IMG/VR virus record: IMGVR_UViG_3300029305_003605
Length of the DNA: 57,739 nucleotides
From: a virus
Reading direction: 5' to 3' (one strand)
Shown: positions 1-8,384 of the stretch, piece after piece
Layout of the letters: each line of letters opens with the position of its first letter
Position numbering within the stretch: position 1 is the first letter of the stretch
The notes under the pieces: model-generated
Database searches by the model: none
Told to the model about the DNA's origin: nothing
The model's input: only the letters and a program-made list of their open reading frames with translations
Program-made: the position numbers and the translations under genes

Positions 1-127
1 ATATGTAAAAAATAAAGAGTATGTAAAAAATAATAGAAAACGTGTTAATGAGGCAAAATTAAATTGGAAAAAAAGAAATAAAGATAAGGCAAATGCTTAT
101 GTAAAAGTAAATAGAGCAATAGAAAAA
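1..127. repeat. Terminal overlap identical to 57613..57739 (circular contig closure)
   Basis: Bases 1-127 read identically to the last 127 bases of the window. One ORF runs seamlessly across the join. Confidence 0.9.
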
Positions 128-286
128 GGTATTTTAAAAAAACCTATAAAATGTGAATTATGTGGAAAAAAAACAGAATTATATGCACATCATACAGATT
201 ATTCACAACCATTAAAAGTAATATTTTTATGCGACAAATGTCATAAAATAGAACACAAAAAAATAAACGAAAAAATGAGGAAATAA
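2..286 (+). CDS. HNH endonuclease, C-terminal part (continuation of 57422..57739 across the junction)
   Basis: The frame continues from the window end. It contains the HNH/zinc pattern CELCG...YAHHTDYS...LCDKCHKIEH. Stop TAA is at 284-286. Confidence 0.75.
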   Translation, partial: YVKNKEYVKNNRKRVNEAKLNWKKRNKDKANAYVKVNRAIEKGILKKPIKCELCGKKTELYAHHTDYSQPLKVIFLCDKCHKIEHKKINEKMRK

Positions 287-287
287 A

Positions 288-1046
288 ATGGCAAAATATG
301 TAGTTGCTAATATAAAAAAATTGATAAACATTTTTGGCGAAATAAAAACCGAATTGGAGAAAAATCCAGAGAAAACAATAAATTTATCTTGGGAATTTAG
401 TTTTAGACCAAAAACACTTGCTCAATTAGGATTTTTCTTTTCTGGCATAGTTGGAGCAATACAAGTTCATTTTAAAGATATTTACGGAGAAGAATACTCT
501 AAAGAGATTATTAAAGAATTGCTATATGTTGAATGTAGCAGTAAAGAGGAGTTAATATCTCCGAACGGAAAAACGATAACAATTACGAAAAGAATATCAA
601 TGATGAGTGTTGAGGAAATGAGCCAATTTATTGAAAAGGTGCTTATTTTCTGTGAGCAGTACGAGATACCGTTGCAACCAGAATTGAGATTTCTTTGGGT
701 AAATAACTTAAACCCAGAGTATGTTGCAGAAGTGGAAGAAACAAAATTCCGTGAACGAGATGAGAGTTATTTGCGGTATGTTCGCTCTCAACCGTGCATT
801 ATTTGCGGAGCATATCATAGTGAGGCACACCATTTGAAAGACAGAGAGTTGGCAGGATTGGGAGCAAAAACACCAGATTATATGGCAGTGAGTTTGTGTT
901 CGGAATGCCACAGGAATTATTTAGGGAGTGATAGCCACATCACCACAGAGAAGGTGAAACGGCTTGCACCTTTTTTATTCCGCAAACTTTCTACAAAGCA
1001 ATTTTGCAAAATGTGTTATGAAAGGTATTTGAAATGCAAAAGGTAA
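288..1046 (+). CDS. HNH-motif protein (DUF968/Ref-like putative nuclease)
   Basis: 252-aa ORF starting 1 nt after the upstream stop. The C-terminal half has the HNH-like metal-binding pattern CIICGAYHSEAHH ... SLCSECH. Confidence 0.55.
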   Translation: MAKYVVANIKKLINIFGEIKTELEKNPEKTINLSWEFSFRPKTLAQLGFFFSGIVGAIQVHFKDIYGEEYSKEIIKELLYVECSSKEELISPNGKTITITKRISMMSVEEMSQFIEKVLIFCEQYEIPLQPELRFLWVNNLNPEYVAEVEETKFRERDESYLRYVRSQPCIICGAYHSEAHHLKDRELAGLGAKTPDYMAVSLCSECHRNYLGSDSHITTEKVKRLAPFLFRKLSTKQFCKMCYERYLKCKR

Positions 1047-1270
1047 ACATATATTTGAATAAGGATAACGGCAGTAAAAGAAAAGACGCATTTGAATTTG
1101 CGATATATTGTTTGCAGAACAATATAGATATGATGAAGTTATCACAGGCAGAGTTAATGCGATTAAAAGCAGAGTGGAATAAGACGCATTTTAATAAGGC
1201 ACAATGGCGACCTACGGAGCAGGAAATCGCAGAGGCAGAAAAACAGGAGCAACGAAAAAATGATAATTGA
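1034..1270 (+). CDS. hypothetical protein
   Basis: 78-aa ORF overlapping its neighbours in a co-directional operon. No motif recognised. Confidence 0.55.
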   Translation: MQKVNIYLNKDNGSKRKDAFEFAIYCLQNNIDMMKLSQAELMRLKAEWNKTHFNKAQWRPTEQEIAEAEKQEQRKNDN

Positions 1271-1484
1271 GATTGATGAGAAAAAAGTATTTGAACATTG
1301 GACAGAGGCACGCATAGAAGGATATGCAAAAGAAATGGATATGACATATTTAGAGGCAATGTTGTATTTGTTTTTCTTTAATTTTGTTAGCATATCTTCT
1401 GACGATCAGAGAAAAGATTTAGGTAGAGAAATGTACCGTAAATTTGCAAGAGGTACTGCAAAATTTTTGGAAGGAAGGTTCTAA
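1260..1484 (+). CDS. hypothetical protein
   Basis: 74-aa ORF whose ends overlap both neighbours (translational coupling). Confidence 0.55.
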   Translation: MIIEIDEKKVFEHWTEARIEGYAKEMDMTYLEAMLYLFFFNFVSISSDDQRKDLGREMYRKFARGTAKFLEGRF

Positions 1485-1921
1485 TGAATGAAATAGTAAA
1501 AATGTTTGAAAATGCAGGCATTGAGTTGATGAAAAAATACGAGTGCCGATGTGGTACGAGCAGTACAAAACAGACAAAAGAAACCTGTCCGAGTAAAATT
1601 TGCGGTAAGGCAGTTTGCGACCAGATAGAAAACGGGATTTTTTCCCCGATTTTTCCCTCAAAAAATCAGTTAAAGTTATTAGAGTTAATCGCAAAATTAG
1701 ATATAGTGGATTATTTTGGCATTTGTCATAAACCATTAAATATGCCACATTTTTTATTTCAGGCAGTAGGAATAACAGAATTTTCTCACGAGCAACCGCC
1801 ATTATACAATATAGAGGCAAATTGTATTGCAGACGGTATAGCAGGATTGATAAATAGACTTTGGGCAGAATTAACACCAGAAGACAGAAAAGAAATAAAG
1901 AGGATATTAGAAGATGTTTAA
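1484..1921 (+). CDS. hypothetical protein (Cys-rich N-terminus)
   Basis: 145-aa ORF. Its ATG overlaps the upstream TAA, with GGAAGG upstream. Confidence 0.6.
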   Translation: MNEIVKMFENAGIELMKKYECRCGTSSTKQTKETCPSKICGKAVCDQIENGIFSPIFPSKNQLKLLELIAKLDIVDYFGICHKPLNMPHFLFQAVGITEFSHEQPPLYNIEANCIADGIAGLINRLWAELTPEDRKEIKRILEDV

Positions 1922-2318
1922 CACAAACCCAGATTGTGCCAGATTGATTGCAGAAGGCAAGTGCAAAGCGGATTGTTGCGGTATAGTACCGTTTGAGTAC
2001 CATAAGTTTATGCAGATAAAACATTTGGCATACGAAAAAAATTACGAGATAAAGAAGTTCAAAGCAATGGGAGTGCAATTTGTTACTGCGATTGCAGAAG
2101 ACGGTATGTGCGTCTTTTTAGACAGGGAGAAGTACAGTTGCAATATATATCGCTCACCCAGAAAACCAGACATTTGCAAGCAGTTTGGAATGAGCAGGAC
2201 AGAGCCATTATTGGCTTGCAGACATATAAACCCAGATTTTGCGGATAGGATTGACGCAGAGGTAAATAGGGTATTTGATGATGTAAAAAGAAAATATGAG
2301 GAGATAAAGAAAAAATGA
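1914..2318 (+). CDS. YkgJ-type cysteine-cluster (zinc/iron-chelating) protein
   Basis: N-terminal C-x9-C-x3-CC cluster (PDCARLIAEGKCKADCCG) and distal CxxxxxxC...C cysteines, as in the CxxCxxCC/UPF0153 family. Confidence 0.55.
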   Translation: MFNTNPDCARLIAEGKCKADCCGIVPFEYHKFMQIKHLAYEKNYEIKKFKAMGVQFVTAIAEDGMCVFLDREKYSCNIYRSPRKPDICKQFGMSRTEPLLACRHINPDFADRIDAEVNRVFDDVKRKYEEIKKK

Positions 2319-2563
2319 CACAGAAAACACAAAAACAGATACTATATAGACTAAAATTAAAATGCGAAATACAAGGCAAAGAGGTTGAAGAATATTATAG
2401 CACTCAACCGAGTACCAGAAGATCAATAAGAGCATTGATTGCTCAAAAAGAAAACGGTAAATTTAATTGGGGATTGCACAGAAAAGAACTCGTATCAGTT
2501 GAACAGTATGAGGTAATAACAAAGCATTTGAAAACATTATCAATAGATGAATTTAAGGAGTAA
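2315..2563 (+). CDS. hypothetical protein
   Basis: 82-aa ORF with GAGGAG upstream and an ATGA overlap with the upstream gene. Confidence 0.6.
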   Translation: MTQKTQKQILYRLKLKCEIQGKEVEEYYSTQPSTRRSIRALIAQKENGKFNWGLHRKELVSVEQYEVITKHLKTLSIDEFKE

Positions 2564-3002
2564 AAAGATAGCAATGATAACGCAGTATGAATTTAATCAA
2601 TTAGAACGGCAGGGAATATTCTATTTCAAAAAACTTGCAGAAAAATTAGACGATAACGACTATTGGACAATATTGCGAGCATTATGGATAGAAGACGGCA
2701 AATGTGATGATAATTGGGCGGAATTGTTTTTTAATTCCGGTAGAGGTAGGGAACATAAAATAATGAAATCTTCCGACAGGCAGGCACTCAAAAGACTTCC
2801 GAAACAGGTTAAGGTGTACCGAGTGTGTAGGGATAAAGAAGATGAGGAGAAGTGGAATTGGACTACCAGTAGGGAATTTGCAGAGAGATTTAAGAAACTC
2901 GGAGAGGAGTACATCGCAGAAAAGACGATAGATAAGTCGGAGATATTTGCGTATTTCAATAGCAGGAGAGAGTTTGAGGTAATTCTCAAAAAAAATTATT
3001 AA
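2547..3002 (+). CDS. hypothetical protein
   Basis: 151-aa ORF. An alternative ATG at 2574 lies downstream of AAGGAG. No motif recognised. Confidence 0.6.
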   Translation: MNLRSKKIAMITQYEFNQLERQGIFYFKKLAEKLDDNDYWTILRALWIEDGKCDDNWAELFFNSGRGREHKIMKSSDRQALKRLPKQVKVYRVCRDKEDEEKWNWTTSREFAERFKKLGEEYIAEKTIDKSEIFAYFNSRREFEVILKKNY

Positions 3003-3020
3003 GAAATTATAAAAAAACTA

Positions 3021-3049
3021 TTGACAAATTATTTATTTAGGAGCATAAT
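3021..3049 (+). promoter_or_regulatory. Sigma-70/SigA-type early promoter P1 (TTGACA-17-CATAAT)
   Basis: TTGACA at 3021-3026, a 17-bp spacer, CATAAT at 3044-3049, and an upstream A-tract. It is one of three near-identical cassettes (with 44963 and 52673). Confidence 0.7.
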
Positions 3050-3125
3050 TGCAGTATAAAATTTTTGGCTTATCAAAATACATAGTGTAGCACAGTAGTA
3101 AAACAAAAGAAAAGGAGAAAAACTT

Positions 3126-4097
3126 ATGGCACACGGAATTTTAGAACAGGACACAATGTTTTCAGTTAAGGAAAAACCTTGGCACAAACTCGGTACAGTT
3201 GTTGAAACTGCACCTACCGTAAGAGAGGCAATCAAATTGGCAGGATTGGATTGGAAGGTTGAATTAAGACCTTTATGCACAAACGAAAATGAGCCAATCG
3301 CAATCACTTCTCATCAAGCGGTAGTAAAAGAAGGCACTACAAGTGTTTTGGGAGTAGTTGGACAATCTTATCACCCATTACAGAACACAGAGGCATTTGA
3401 GTGGTTCGAGCCATTCTTGGAAAATGATTTGGCAAGTTTGGAAACCGCAGGTAGTTTATTTAATGGTAAAAGAGTTTGGATACTTGCAAAGACACACAAA
3501 GAGGCTGATGTAGTAAATGGAGATACTGTTGAAAGTTACATTTTACTTTCAAACTCACACGATGGGAGCAGTACAGTAAAAGTCGGATTTACACCGATAA
3601 GAGTTGTTTGCAACAATACTTTGAGTTACGCAGAAGGACACAATTTAAGTCAGTTAATTAGAGTGAAACATACATCTTCCGTAGTTGAAAATTTGCAGTT
3701 GGTTAGAAATTTAATGGATACCGTAAATACTCAATTTATTGCAACGGTTGAACAATACAGAGAATTGACACGCAGAGATGTATCCGTAGAGGATTTACGC
3801 AGATATGTAAAACAGGTATTCAGTTCTCAAAAGTTGGAAAACATTATCACCGATTACGAGGCAAGAGAAAAGGCAGAAATAGAGGCAGAACGCAAAAAAT
3901 TGTTAGCCAGAGTTGAGGAAATATTTGAGTTAGAGCCTGCGAGAAAAACTTGGAATATGTACAATGCGGTAAATAGTTATCTTTGCCACGATAGATGTAG
4001 AAACGCAGAATTAAGACAGAATAGTATTTGGTTCGGTGATAGCAAATTGCTTGATAGAAAAGCATTTGAATTAGCCAGAAAAATGTATGCATATTAA
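3126..4097 (+). CDS. DUF932 (phage/plasmid-like TIGR03299) family protein
   Basis: 323 aa with family-typical segments (EKPWHKLG, GLDWKVEL, SNSHDGSSTVKVGFTPIRVVCNNTL). It is the first gene after promoter P1. Confidence 0.65.
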   Translation: MAHGILEQDTMFSVKEKPWHKLGTVVETAPTVREAIKLAGLDWKVELRPLCTNENEPIAITSHQAVVKEGTTSVLGVVGQSYHPLQNTEAFEWFEPFLENDLASLETAGSLFNGKRVWILAKTHKEADVVNGDTVESYILLSNSHDGSSTVKVGFTPIRVVCNNTLSYAEGHNLSQLIRVKHTSSVVENLQLVRNLMDTVNTQFIATVEQYRELTRRDVSVEDLRRYVKQVFSSQKLENIITDYEAREKAEIEAERKKLLARVEEIFELEPARKTWNMYNAVNSYLCHDRCRNAELRQNSIWFGDSKLLDRKAFELARKMYAY

Positions 4098-4103
4098 CTT
4101 ATC

Positions 4104-4149
4104 CCATAAGTTAGGTGAGGGCAGTAATAGTCCTCACCGCTCCTTATGG
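4104..4149 (+). other. Nested stem-loop (possible terminator/processing or binding site)
   Basis: Outer arms CCATAAG/CTTATGG and inner arms GGTGAGG/CCTCACC. There is no T-run after it. Confidence 0.45.
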
Positions 4150-4178
4150 AGAGAAAACAATAGGAGAGATAAAGGAAA

Positions 4179-4496
4179 ATGACAAAAGAGCAAAAGTTAC
4201 CAAGAGTAAAATTTCAATTCCCAGACATTGTTTCAAAGGTGTATTTGAGTAAGGATACCTACATCAATGTTAGTAGTAAAGAGTTTTATAAGTTGAAGAA
4301 TGTTATAAATCTCGTTGATGATGAAGGTAAATGTGAAAAATACAGATTTGTAACATTGGATAGCGAGTGTTTTTTATTAGTACCAGAAAAATGCGTACCG
4401 AGAATTGACGCACCAGAAACAAAAGAGGCAATAAAAAAACTCAACGGAATGATAGTACAAAAACCTACAACAAAAGCAAAGAGGAGTAAGAAATAA
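4179..4496 (+). CDS. hypothetical protein
   Basis: 105-aa ORF with TAGGAGAG upstream. Confidence 0.65.
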   Translation: MTKEQKLPRVKFQFPDIVSKVYLSKDTYINVSSKEFYKLKNVINLVDDEGKCEKYRFVTLDSECFLLVPEKCVPRIDAPETKEAIKKLNGMIVQKPTTKAKRSKK

Positions 4497-4497
4497 G

Positions 4498-4932
4498 ATG
4501 AAAGTAACAATAGGAGCAGTCAGGCACAGAATACCGCACATTATTCACGGAATTAGTGCAAATACAATGTTTTATTTAATTAACTTTGACAAAATGTTTA
4601 AGGATAAGGCATTTGACGATAGTGAGTATTTTGACAATTCAGCAAATATGAGTACACCGTATGATAAAGACGATTTCGGCAGAATTTTGAACGCATATAA
4701 TGTGTTCGGGTGGACTGCAAAGGACATTGAGAGAGCAAAAAAGACGGCAAAGGACTTGAAGGTAGGAAAAAAGATAGAGGCATTTTTAGACGATTTTATG
4801 GTGCTCCGTTCGCTATTTGAAGACGCAGAATACGATGATTTTGACTTGGCATTAGATAATATCAATTATAATGCGGAAAACCAGAAGGATAGCGGTGAGT
4901 TCACCATAGATACAAGCAAATTGGGAATATAA
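4498..4932 (+). CDS. hypothetical protein
   Basis: 144-aa ORF with GAGGAG upstream, starting 1 nt after the upstream stop. Confidence 0.65.
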   Translation: MKVTIGAVRHRIPHIIHGISANTMFYLINFDKMFKDKAFDDSEYFDNSANMSTPYDKDDFGRILNAYNVFGWTAKDIERAKKTAKDLKVGKKIEAFLDDFMVLRSLFEDAEYDDFDLALDNINYNAENQKDSGEFTIDTSKLGI

Positions 4933-4936
4933 GAAA

Positions 4937-5824
4937 ATGGCAGTAGATGAAGTAAAAACAAATACGACAGTTTATGACAAAGACGGCAACGAATATCGTT
5001 ATGTTGAGTATGTGAATGGCAAACATCTGGTAAAAAAAGTTGTTGAAGTTTATACGGATAATTGCATAGATGATGAAGACGCAGATTACCAGACAATGTT
5101 CCCAGAAAAATGCGTAACGGATAATCTGGTAATGCTTGATGTAGTATATACCAGACCGCCTGTGCAGAGTGTAGCAAGCGAAATAGTAAATTTGCAAAGA
5201 CAGAAAAAAGAGTTAGAGGCAGAAATAGCAAATTATAAGGAAACGGTGGATTACTATATCCAGAGAGTTGAACAAATTGCAGAGCAGGATATTGATGAAT
5301 TGCTATATGACAGGTTAAAAGAAGTTAAAAACGCAGAATTATTGGTGAAGGCATTAACAGGCAAATTGCACAAATATCAAGTAACACAATGGAACTCTAT
5401 ACAGGAGTTGGAATACGGCATAGTGGGTGTAAATTTGAAGACAGGAGAAGTAAAACTATTTTACGAAGGGAATGATAGTTATTATTATGTTTCAAGACCT
5501 TTGAACGCACCGCACTATATGGACAGAGAAACGGCAGAACTCCGAGCAATAAATAATGTCAATGGAGAATATTGTCAGGGCAATATGCCGTCAAACTATA
5601 AGGATACAATGGAGTTAAATGCTCTTTTTGACAAACACGGCATACAGAGATCAGAAAAATGGAAAAAACATTTGGCAAAGATTTTTGAAAAAGAGGAGCA
5701 GAACATACAGGGCAGTATTGATAGTGCGTTGGCGGATATAAACAGATGTAATAAACGCATACAGGAGTACGGTGATAAACTTTGCGAAATTAAGCAAAAG
5801 CAACAGGAGCAGGAGCAAGCATAG
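4937..5824 (+). CDS. hypothetical coiled-coil protein
   Basis: 295-aa ORF with long heptad-like E/K/Q-rich stretches. Confidence 0.65.
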   Translation: MAVDEVKTNTTVYDKDGNEYRYVEYVNGKHLVKKVVEVYTDNCIDDEDADYQTMFPEKCVTDNLVMLDVVYTRPPVQSVASEIVNLQRQKKELEAEIANYKETVDYYIQRVEQIAEQDIDELLYDRLKEVKNAELLVKALTGKLHKYQVTQWNSIQELEYGIVGVNLKTGEVKLFYEGNDSYYYVSRPLNAPHYMDRETAELRAINNVNGEYCQGNMPSNYKDTMELNALFDKHGIQRSEKWKKHLAKIFEKEEQNIQGSIDSALADINRCNKRIQEYGDKLCEIKQKQQEQEQA

Positions 5825-6561
5825 TGAAAAGATTTTATTATCAGTTAAAGTGCAAAGAGCAGGATATTGACGGCAGGGTGGCTGATTATTGGTCGCACGC
5901 ATTTTTCAAAGGCATTGTAGAGGCAGAAGATAGTAAGTCAGCCAGAGCATATATAAAATCGCAGATTTTGAATAATGAAATGAGAAAAGACAATAACCTC
6001 TTATTGTCAATAATTGAGATTACAAAGGATACGGAATATTTAGAGGATTTTTTCAAACCCAGAGTATGTGCAGTATGCGGTAGCACTTTTTCAATGGCAA
6101 ACAATGAGTATTATGGACTTTATTGTTGCGAGGCGTGCCACGAGCAAGCAAAGTATGTGCAAAGGAAGGAAGATCAAGCGGTATTTTTTAGTTCTGATTG
6201 GAGTGAGGCATTCCCTGTTATTTACAGAATATATGACAAAAAGAATGATAAAAACTATATCGGGCAGACAATAAGGGCATTTACTTTGCGTTGGTGGGAA
6301 CATTACAAAAATTGGATACAAAGAGTACCGAATACATCAATCACCGATTTTGAATTTACTGTGTTGGAGATTTTACCAAAGACGGTAACAAAAGAGGAGT
6401 TATCACAGAGGGAGCAGTATTACATAGAAAAGTATAATGCACTAACAGAAGGTTATAATAGCAGAAACGAAGTAGCACAAATGATAGGAGAAATGTTAAG
6501 AAATGACGCACAACAAAAAATATTGGACGGAGAAGGTAGAGCAATTACCGCTAATTGTTAA
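5824..6561 (+). CDS. GIY-YIG nuclease with zinc-finger region
   Basis: GTG start overlapping the upstream TAG. Contains CAVCG...CCEACH cysteines, then VIYRIYDKKNDKNYIGQT, RWWEH and EQYYIEKYN..GYN (GIY-YIG motifs). Confidence 0.6.
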   Translation: MKRFYYQLKCKEQDIDGRVADYWSHAFFKGIVEAEDSKSARAYIKSQILNNEMRKDNNLLLSIIEITKDTEYLEDFFKPRVCAVCGSTFSMANNEYYGLYCCEACHEQAKYVQRKEDQAVFFSSDWSEAFPVIYRIYDKKNDKNYIGQTIRAFTLRWWEHYKNWIQRVPNTSITDFEFTVLEILPKTVTKEELSQREQYYIEKYNALTEGYNSRNEVAQMIGEMLRNDAQQKILDGEGRAITANC

Positions 6562-6565
6562 ACTT

Positions 6566-6670
6566 ATGGCAATAACTGCATTATTACCTGTATTGGTAAT
6601 TGCAACAATAGGAATGTTGTATATCAATACAATTCAGCATAACAGATTTGTAAAAAAGAGGCAAAAATAA
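6566..6670 (+). CDS. small membrane peptide (34 aa)
   Basis: Not in the ORF track (under 60 aa). Sequence MAITALLPVLVIATIGMLYI... forms a single hydrophobic helix. The stop overlaps the next ATG (TAATG). Confidence 0.4.
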   Translation: MAITALLPVLVIATIGMLYINTIQHNRFVKKRQK

Positions 6671-6882
6671 TGGGCGATAAATGGGTATTTGAAAATCACG
6701 AAGGCAGGCAGGAATATTACAAAAAGACGGTAATTGATAAAATCAAACAAATTGCGACAGATACATTGAATTTGGTAGATTATAAGACTTATTTCAAAAG
6801 AGATAACAAAAGTATTAAGCAGGAAGGATTTAAAGGTCTTCAACAGATTTTAGATGTAATAAAAGAGGCAGACGGAGAATGA
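6670..6882 (+). CDS. hypothetical protein
   Basis: 70-aa ORF with AGAGG upstream. Confidence 0.6.
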   Translation: MGDKWVFENHEGRQEYYKKTVIDKIKQIATDTLNLVDYKTYFKRDNKSIKQEGFKGLQQILDVIKEADGE

Positions 6883-7043
6883 TATTAAAATGTCCTTATT
6901 GCGAGCAACCGTTACACTATTATACCGAGTATGCAGACGCAGAAGTCAAAGGAAATAAAGTTTACCGATATTTGAAATGTAAAATATGCCAGAATTTATT
7001 TACGGCAATAGGCACAATAACAAATTATTGGGCAAAGAAATAG
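6879..7043 (+). CDS. zinc-ribbon protein (54 aa)
   Basis: Not in the ORF track. ATGA overlap with the upstream gene. Contains CPYC...x26...CKIC, two CxxC pairs. Confidence 0.5.
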   Translation: MILKCPYCEQPLHYYTEYADAEVKGNKVYRYLKCKICQNLFTAIGTITNYWAKK

Positions 7044-7056
7044 GAGAAACGATAAA

Positions 7057-7251
7057 ATGAGTACAAAAAAAGAACGATTAACAAAAGGATATAATTTGCC
7101 AGATATGACATTTTGCACGAATGATAAATGTGATAAAAGAATTTGTAAGAGAAAACTCTCGGAATATGAGCAGAGATTGTTGTTAGAGAATGATGTTGAT
7201 ATGAGTTTTGCATATTTTACACCAGAGGAGTGCGACCAGTATGGAAAATAA
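7057..7251 (+). CDS. hypothetical protein
   Basis: 64-aa ORF with TAGGAGAA upstream. Confidence 0.6.
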   Translation: MSTKKERLTKGYNLPDMTFCTNDKCDKRICKRKLSEYEQRLLLENDVDMSFAYFTPEECDQYGK

Positions 7252-7444
7252 GAACATCAATCACAAACCGCTATGGACATCGGCAGAGTTAGAAATCGTT
7301 TACAAGTGGTACGATAAGAAGACCATAGCAGAGATAAAGGAAATGTTACCAAACAGGACATTGAGTGCGGTAAAAAACCGAATAAAGCAGATAAAGTTCG
7401 GGAAGTACAAAAAAGGCAAAGGATATAGATATAACAACCAATAG
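7241..7444 (+). CDS. SANT/Myb-like DNA-binding protein
   Basis: An internal ATG of the tracked ORF, with GAGGAG upstream. The pattern W-x2-AE-x8-Y...IAEI...RTLSAVKNR is Myb-like. Confidence 0.45.
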   Translation: MENKNINHKPLWTSAELEIVYKWYDKKTIAEIKEMLPNRTLSAVKNRIKQIKFGKYKKGKGYRYNNQ

Positions 7445-7457
7445 GAGAAACAGAAAA

Positions 7458-7790
7458 GTGGCAATATTAGAGATTACAAACGGCTTATCAACAAAAGAAT
7501 TTGAATTATCAATCGCAGAAGACAGAAAAGAATATTATTTGACGGTATGTGCATACGGAGAGTTTTATGATGAAACTTTTGATGATGAAAATGCCGTGCG
7601 AGAATACCTTAAAAACAAATGGAATTTTACAGATGAACAAATACATCAGATATTTGGTTTATCGGTCAAGAATTGCGAGCAAACTGCTCCAGATTACGAA
7701 ATTGATGTAGATGAGTTAATGCACGAGCAACAGGAGAGAGATGCCGAGTATGCAGAGGCATACGCAGAATGGGCGGAGAGTTGCATATAA
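7458..7790 (+). CDS. hypothetical acidic protein
   Basis: 110-aa ORF with a GTG start and TAGGAGAA upstream. Confidence 0.6.
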   Translation: MAILEITNGLSTKEFELSIAEDRKEYYLTVCAYGEFYDETFDDENAVREYLKNKWNFTDEQIHQIFGLSVKNCEQTAPDYEIDVDELMHEQQERDAEYAEAYAEWAESCI

Positions 7791-7803
7791 CTCTGATTTT
7801 ACA

Positions 7804-7831
7804 ACAGTTACGGAAGGGTTAGGAAACCCTT
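7804..7831 (+). repeat. 28-bp conserved motif, copy 1 (ACAGTTACGGAAGGGTTAGGAAACCCTT)
   Basis: Near-identical copies are at 44225..44252 and 49250..49277. Contains the 7-bp hairpin AAGGGTT-AGGA-AACCCTT. Confidence 0.8.
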
Positions 7832-7874
7832 TTGATAGGGTTAGTTACGATACAAAATGGTATAATAAGAAGAT

Positions 7875-8249
7875 ATGGAAAATAAACCGACAAAACAATA
7901 TGCAAGAGCAGTTCACAGGTGGACAAAATCCTCTATTGATTGTTATAACAGAGGGTGCGTATGTGCAGGGTGTGAGTATAAAAAAATACTTTCATCACCG
8001 TGTATGATGAAAACAACCGTATTAGAGTTGGTAAGAATTTTTGGCAAGCCAGAGAAGATAAAAAGAACGGTTGAGGATATAACCAGAAGTCAGATAACAT
8101 ACCTATATATTGACAAAAGATTGCCATTAGCGGATATTTACCGAATATTAAAGGTGGATAAGTATGAGTTTTTAGAATTATTGGAGAAGTTTGAGATACC
8201 AGTAAGGAAAAAACCGAAAAATTGTAATGGGGGAGATGAAATGGGATAA
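7875..8249 (+). CDS. putative DNA-binding regulator (Cys cluster + C-terminal HTH-like region)
   Basis: 124 aa. It is the last gene before the terminator and late promoter. Contains CYNRGCVCAGCEY cysteines. The function is inferred from position only. Confidence 0.35.
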   Translation: MENKPTKQYARAVHRWTKSSIDCYNRGCVCAGCEYKKILSSPCMMKTTVLELVRIFGKPEKIKRTVEDITRSQITYLYIDKRLPLADIYRILKVDKYEFLELLEKFEIPVRKKPKNCNGGDEMG

Positions 8250-8315
8250 ATTGGCGAAATTTAACAAACAGAATGCCACTCCTTTCTTTTCGGAGTTGGT
8301 AAGCCAAAAATCTAT

Positions 8316-8350
8316 AGCAGGAGTAGGATAGTTCTCCTGCTTTTTCTTTT
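8316..8350 (+). terminator. Rho-independent terminator (end of early arm)
   Basis: AGCAGGAG-10 nt-CTCCTGCT followed by TTTTTCTTTTT. Confidence 0.75.
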
Positions 8351-8384
8351 TCTTAATAAATTTGTTAAAAATCTTAAAAAAATA

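Noticed and set aside
1-127. Terminal repeat as a biological direct terminal repeat or att site
   Set aside because: The length equals a common assembler k-mer, the repeat lies in the middle of a gene, and no integrase is present. An assembly overlap is the simpler explanation.
7741-8007. 88-aa ORF sharing the peptide TVTEGLGN with the replisome organiser
   Set aside because: The shared peptide comes from the 28-bp DNA motif. The ORF starts inside 7458..7790, overlaps 7875..8249 and has no SD.
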